In this document: positions 5,505 through 6,278 of the stretch, piece after piece
Layout: every line of letters starts with the position of its first letter
How positions within the stretch are numbered: position 1 is the stretch's first letter
NCBI GenBank assembly: GCA_008080745.1
Contig: SHMX01000018.1
Location: forward strand, 1 to 6,278
Direction: 5' to 3'
DNA from: Candidatus Thorarchaeota archaeon
GTDB taxonomy: Archaea > Asgardarchaeota > Thorarchaeia > Thorarchaeales > Thorarchaeaceae
DNA: 6,278 nucleotides
Position numbers and translations under genes: made by a program
The notes under the pieces: model-generated
The model's input: only the letters and a program-made list of their open reading frames with translations
Database searches by the model: none
Told to the model about the DNA's origin: nothing

Positions 5505-6149
5505 CTACATCTCGCGTACGTCGATGATCTCCACTACCAACGGTTCGACGACCTCCAGCAGCTTCTCCTTGGAGATGTCGGTGACCTTGAGATGACAACC
5601 CCAGTTGGTGGGGTCCTCGCCCATAAAGGTGTTGAACGCCAGGATCAACCCACCAGCCTTGGTGATCTCCGACGTGATCTGAGCCATCGACCCCTTGAAG
5701 TAGGGGGCGAGCAGCGTCAGCCGGACGCCCTTCTCCCGCGCTCCGAAGAGCTCGAGGAAGACGTGGAACAGATCGGACTCGGTGATCACCCCGACCACCA
5801 CGTCGTCCCGCATCACCGGGAGCCCGCCGACCTTGTTATCGGCCATAATGCGCGCTGCCTCCTCGATGGGGCAGTCCTCCTCGATGGTGACGACGTCCTT
5901 GGTCATCACGTCCTTCACCGTGACCTGGGAGAGCAGATAGTTGACCTCCCACATATTCAGCGACGTGACGGACGAGGGCGAAGCGTGAAGCAGGTCGTCG
6001 CGCGTGACGATCCCGATCAACTTGCCGTCCTTGTCCACCACGGGGAACCGACGGACGTTCTCACGCCGCATCCACGCCATCGCCTCGGCCATCGAGATAT
6101 CCGGCTTGATGGTGATGGGATTGGGCGTCATCCTCTTCTTGACTAACAT
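5505..6149 (-). CDS. CBS-pair plus C-terminal ACT-like domain protein (AcuB-like); 214 aa
   Basis: Two CBS repeats (MTPNPITI...RRFPVVDKDGKLIGIVT..DL; VMTKDVVTI...GGLPVM....VGVITESDLF) joined by the AcuB-type linker ASPSSVTSL..WEVNYLL, then an ~80-aa ACT-like domain (GVRLTL....KGSMAQIT..I...GG.I). AGGGGG 5 nt upstream. Ends in TAG. Confidence 0.88.
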   Translation of the reverse strand: MLVKKRMTPNPITIKPDISMAEAMAWMRRENVRRFPVVDKDGKLIGIVTRDDLLHASPSSVTSLNMWEVNYLLSQVTVKDVMTKDVVTIEEDCPIEEAARIMADNKVGGLPVMRDDVVVGVITESDLFHVFLELFGAREKGVRLTLLAPYFKGSMAQITSEITKAGGLILAFNTFMGEDPTNWGCHLKVTDISKEKLLEVVEPLVVEIIDVREM

Positions 6150-6278
6150 AGCATCCCCCTTTTAGAACGCTCCTCTATGATTTTAGTAACCAGCTTCGAC
6201 TCGAACTCCTCATTGAGTTCAGCCCGATACTGACGCAACCCCCTGAAGGTCCCGTAGACGACCAGCAGCAGCAGGAAC
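6143..6278 (-). CDS. 3' end of a membrane protein running in from beyond the window, possibly a BCCT-family (betaine/carnitine/choline) transporter; partial, 44 aa visible
   Basis: Open frame from 6277: FLLLLVVYGTFRGLRQYRAELNEEFESKLVTKIIEERSKRGMLC, TAG at 6143-6145, overlapping the CBS start by 7 nt. A hydrophobic helix ending in YGTFRGLR then a charged helical tail resembles the last TM helix of BCCT proteins (..Y-S-L-x-K-x-L-R). The family call is an inference from a short fragment plus context. Confidence 0.55.
   Translation of the reverse strand, partial: FLLLLVVYGTFRGLRQYRAELNEEFESKLVTKIIEERSKRGMLC
6155..6160 (-). promoter_or_regulatory. Ribosome-binding site of the CBS-ACT gene (inside the upstream CDS tail)
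   Basis: AGGGGG on the minus strand, 5 nt before the ATG at 6149. Confidence 0.5.

Noticed and set aside
5388-5507. Amber-readthrough fusion of CBS-ACT to corrinoid 1 (same frame)
   Set aside because: An in-frame TGA at 5469-5471 blocks it.

Overview
A GC-rich window with one minus-strand gene cluster, read right to left: 3' end of a membrane protein (BCCT-like, partial) > CBS-pair/ACT protein (AcuB-like) > corrinoid protein 1 > MttB-family methyltransferase B > corrinoid protein 2 > DUF1638 protein > MttB-family methyltransferase A. This looks like a two-module, pyrrolysine-free, cobalamin-dependent system for demethylating N-methylated compounds (quaternary amines or methylamines). The substrates cannot be read from sequence. 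No methyl-THF transferase (MT2) or RamA/RACE reactivase is inside the window. Unexplained features: all seven coding regions end in TAG; corrinoid 2, DUF1638 and MttB-A share one 996-codon frame broken only by amber codons; and most spacers carry a distinct palindromic or tandem-repeat element. The long plus-strand ORFs are antisense shadows. All alignments, counts and folds were done by hand; no databases were searched.
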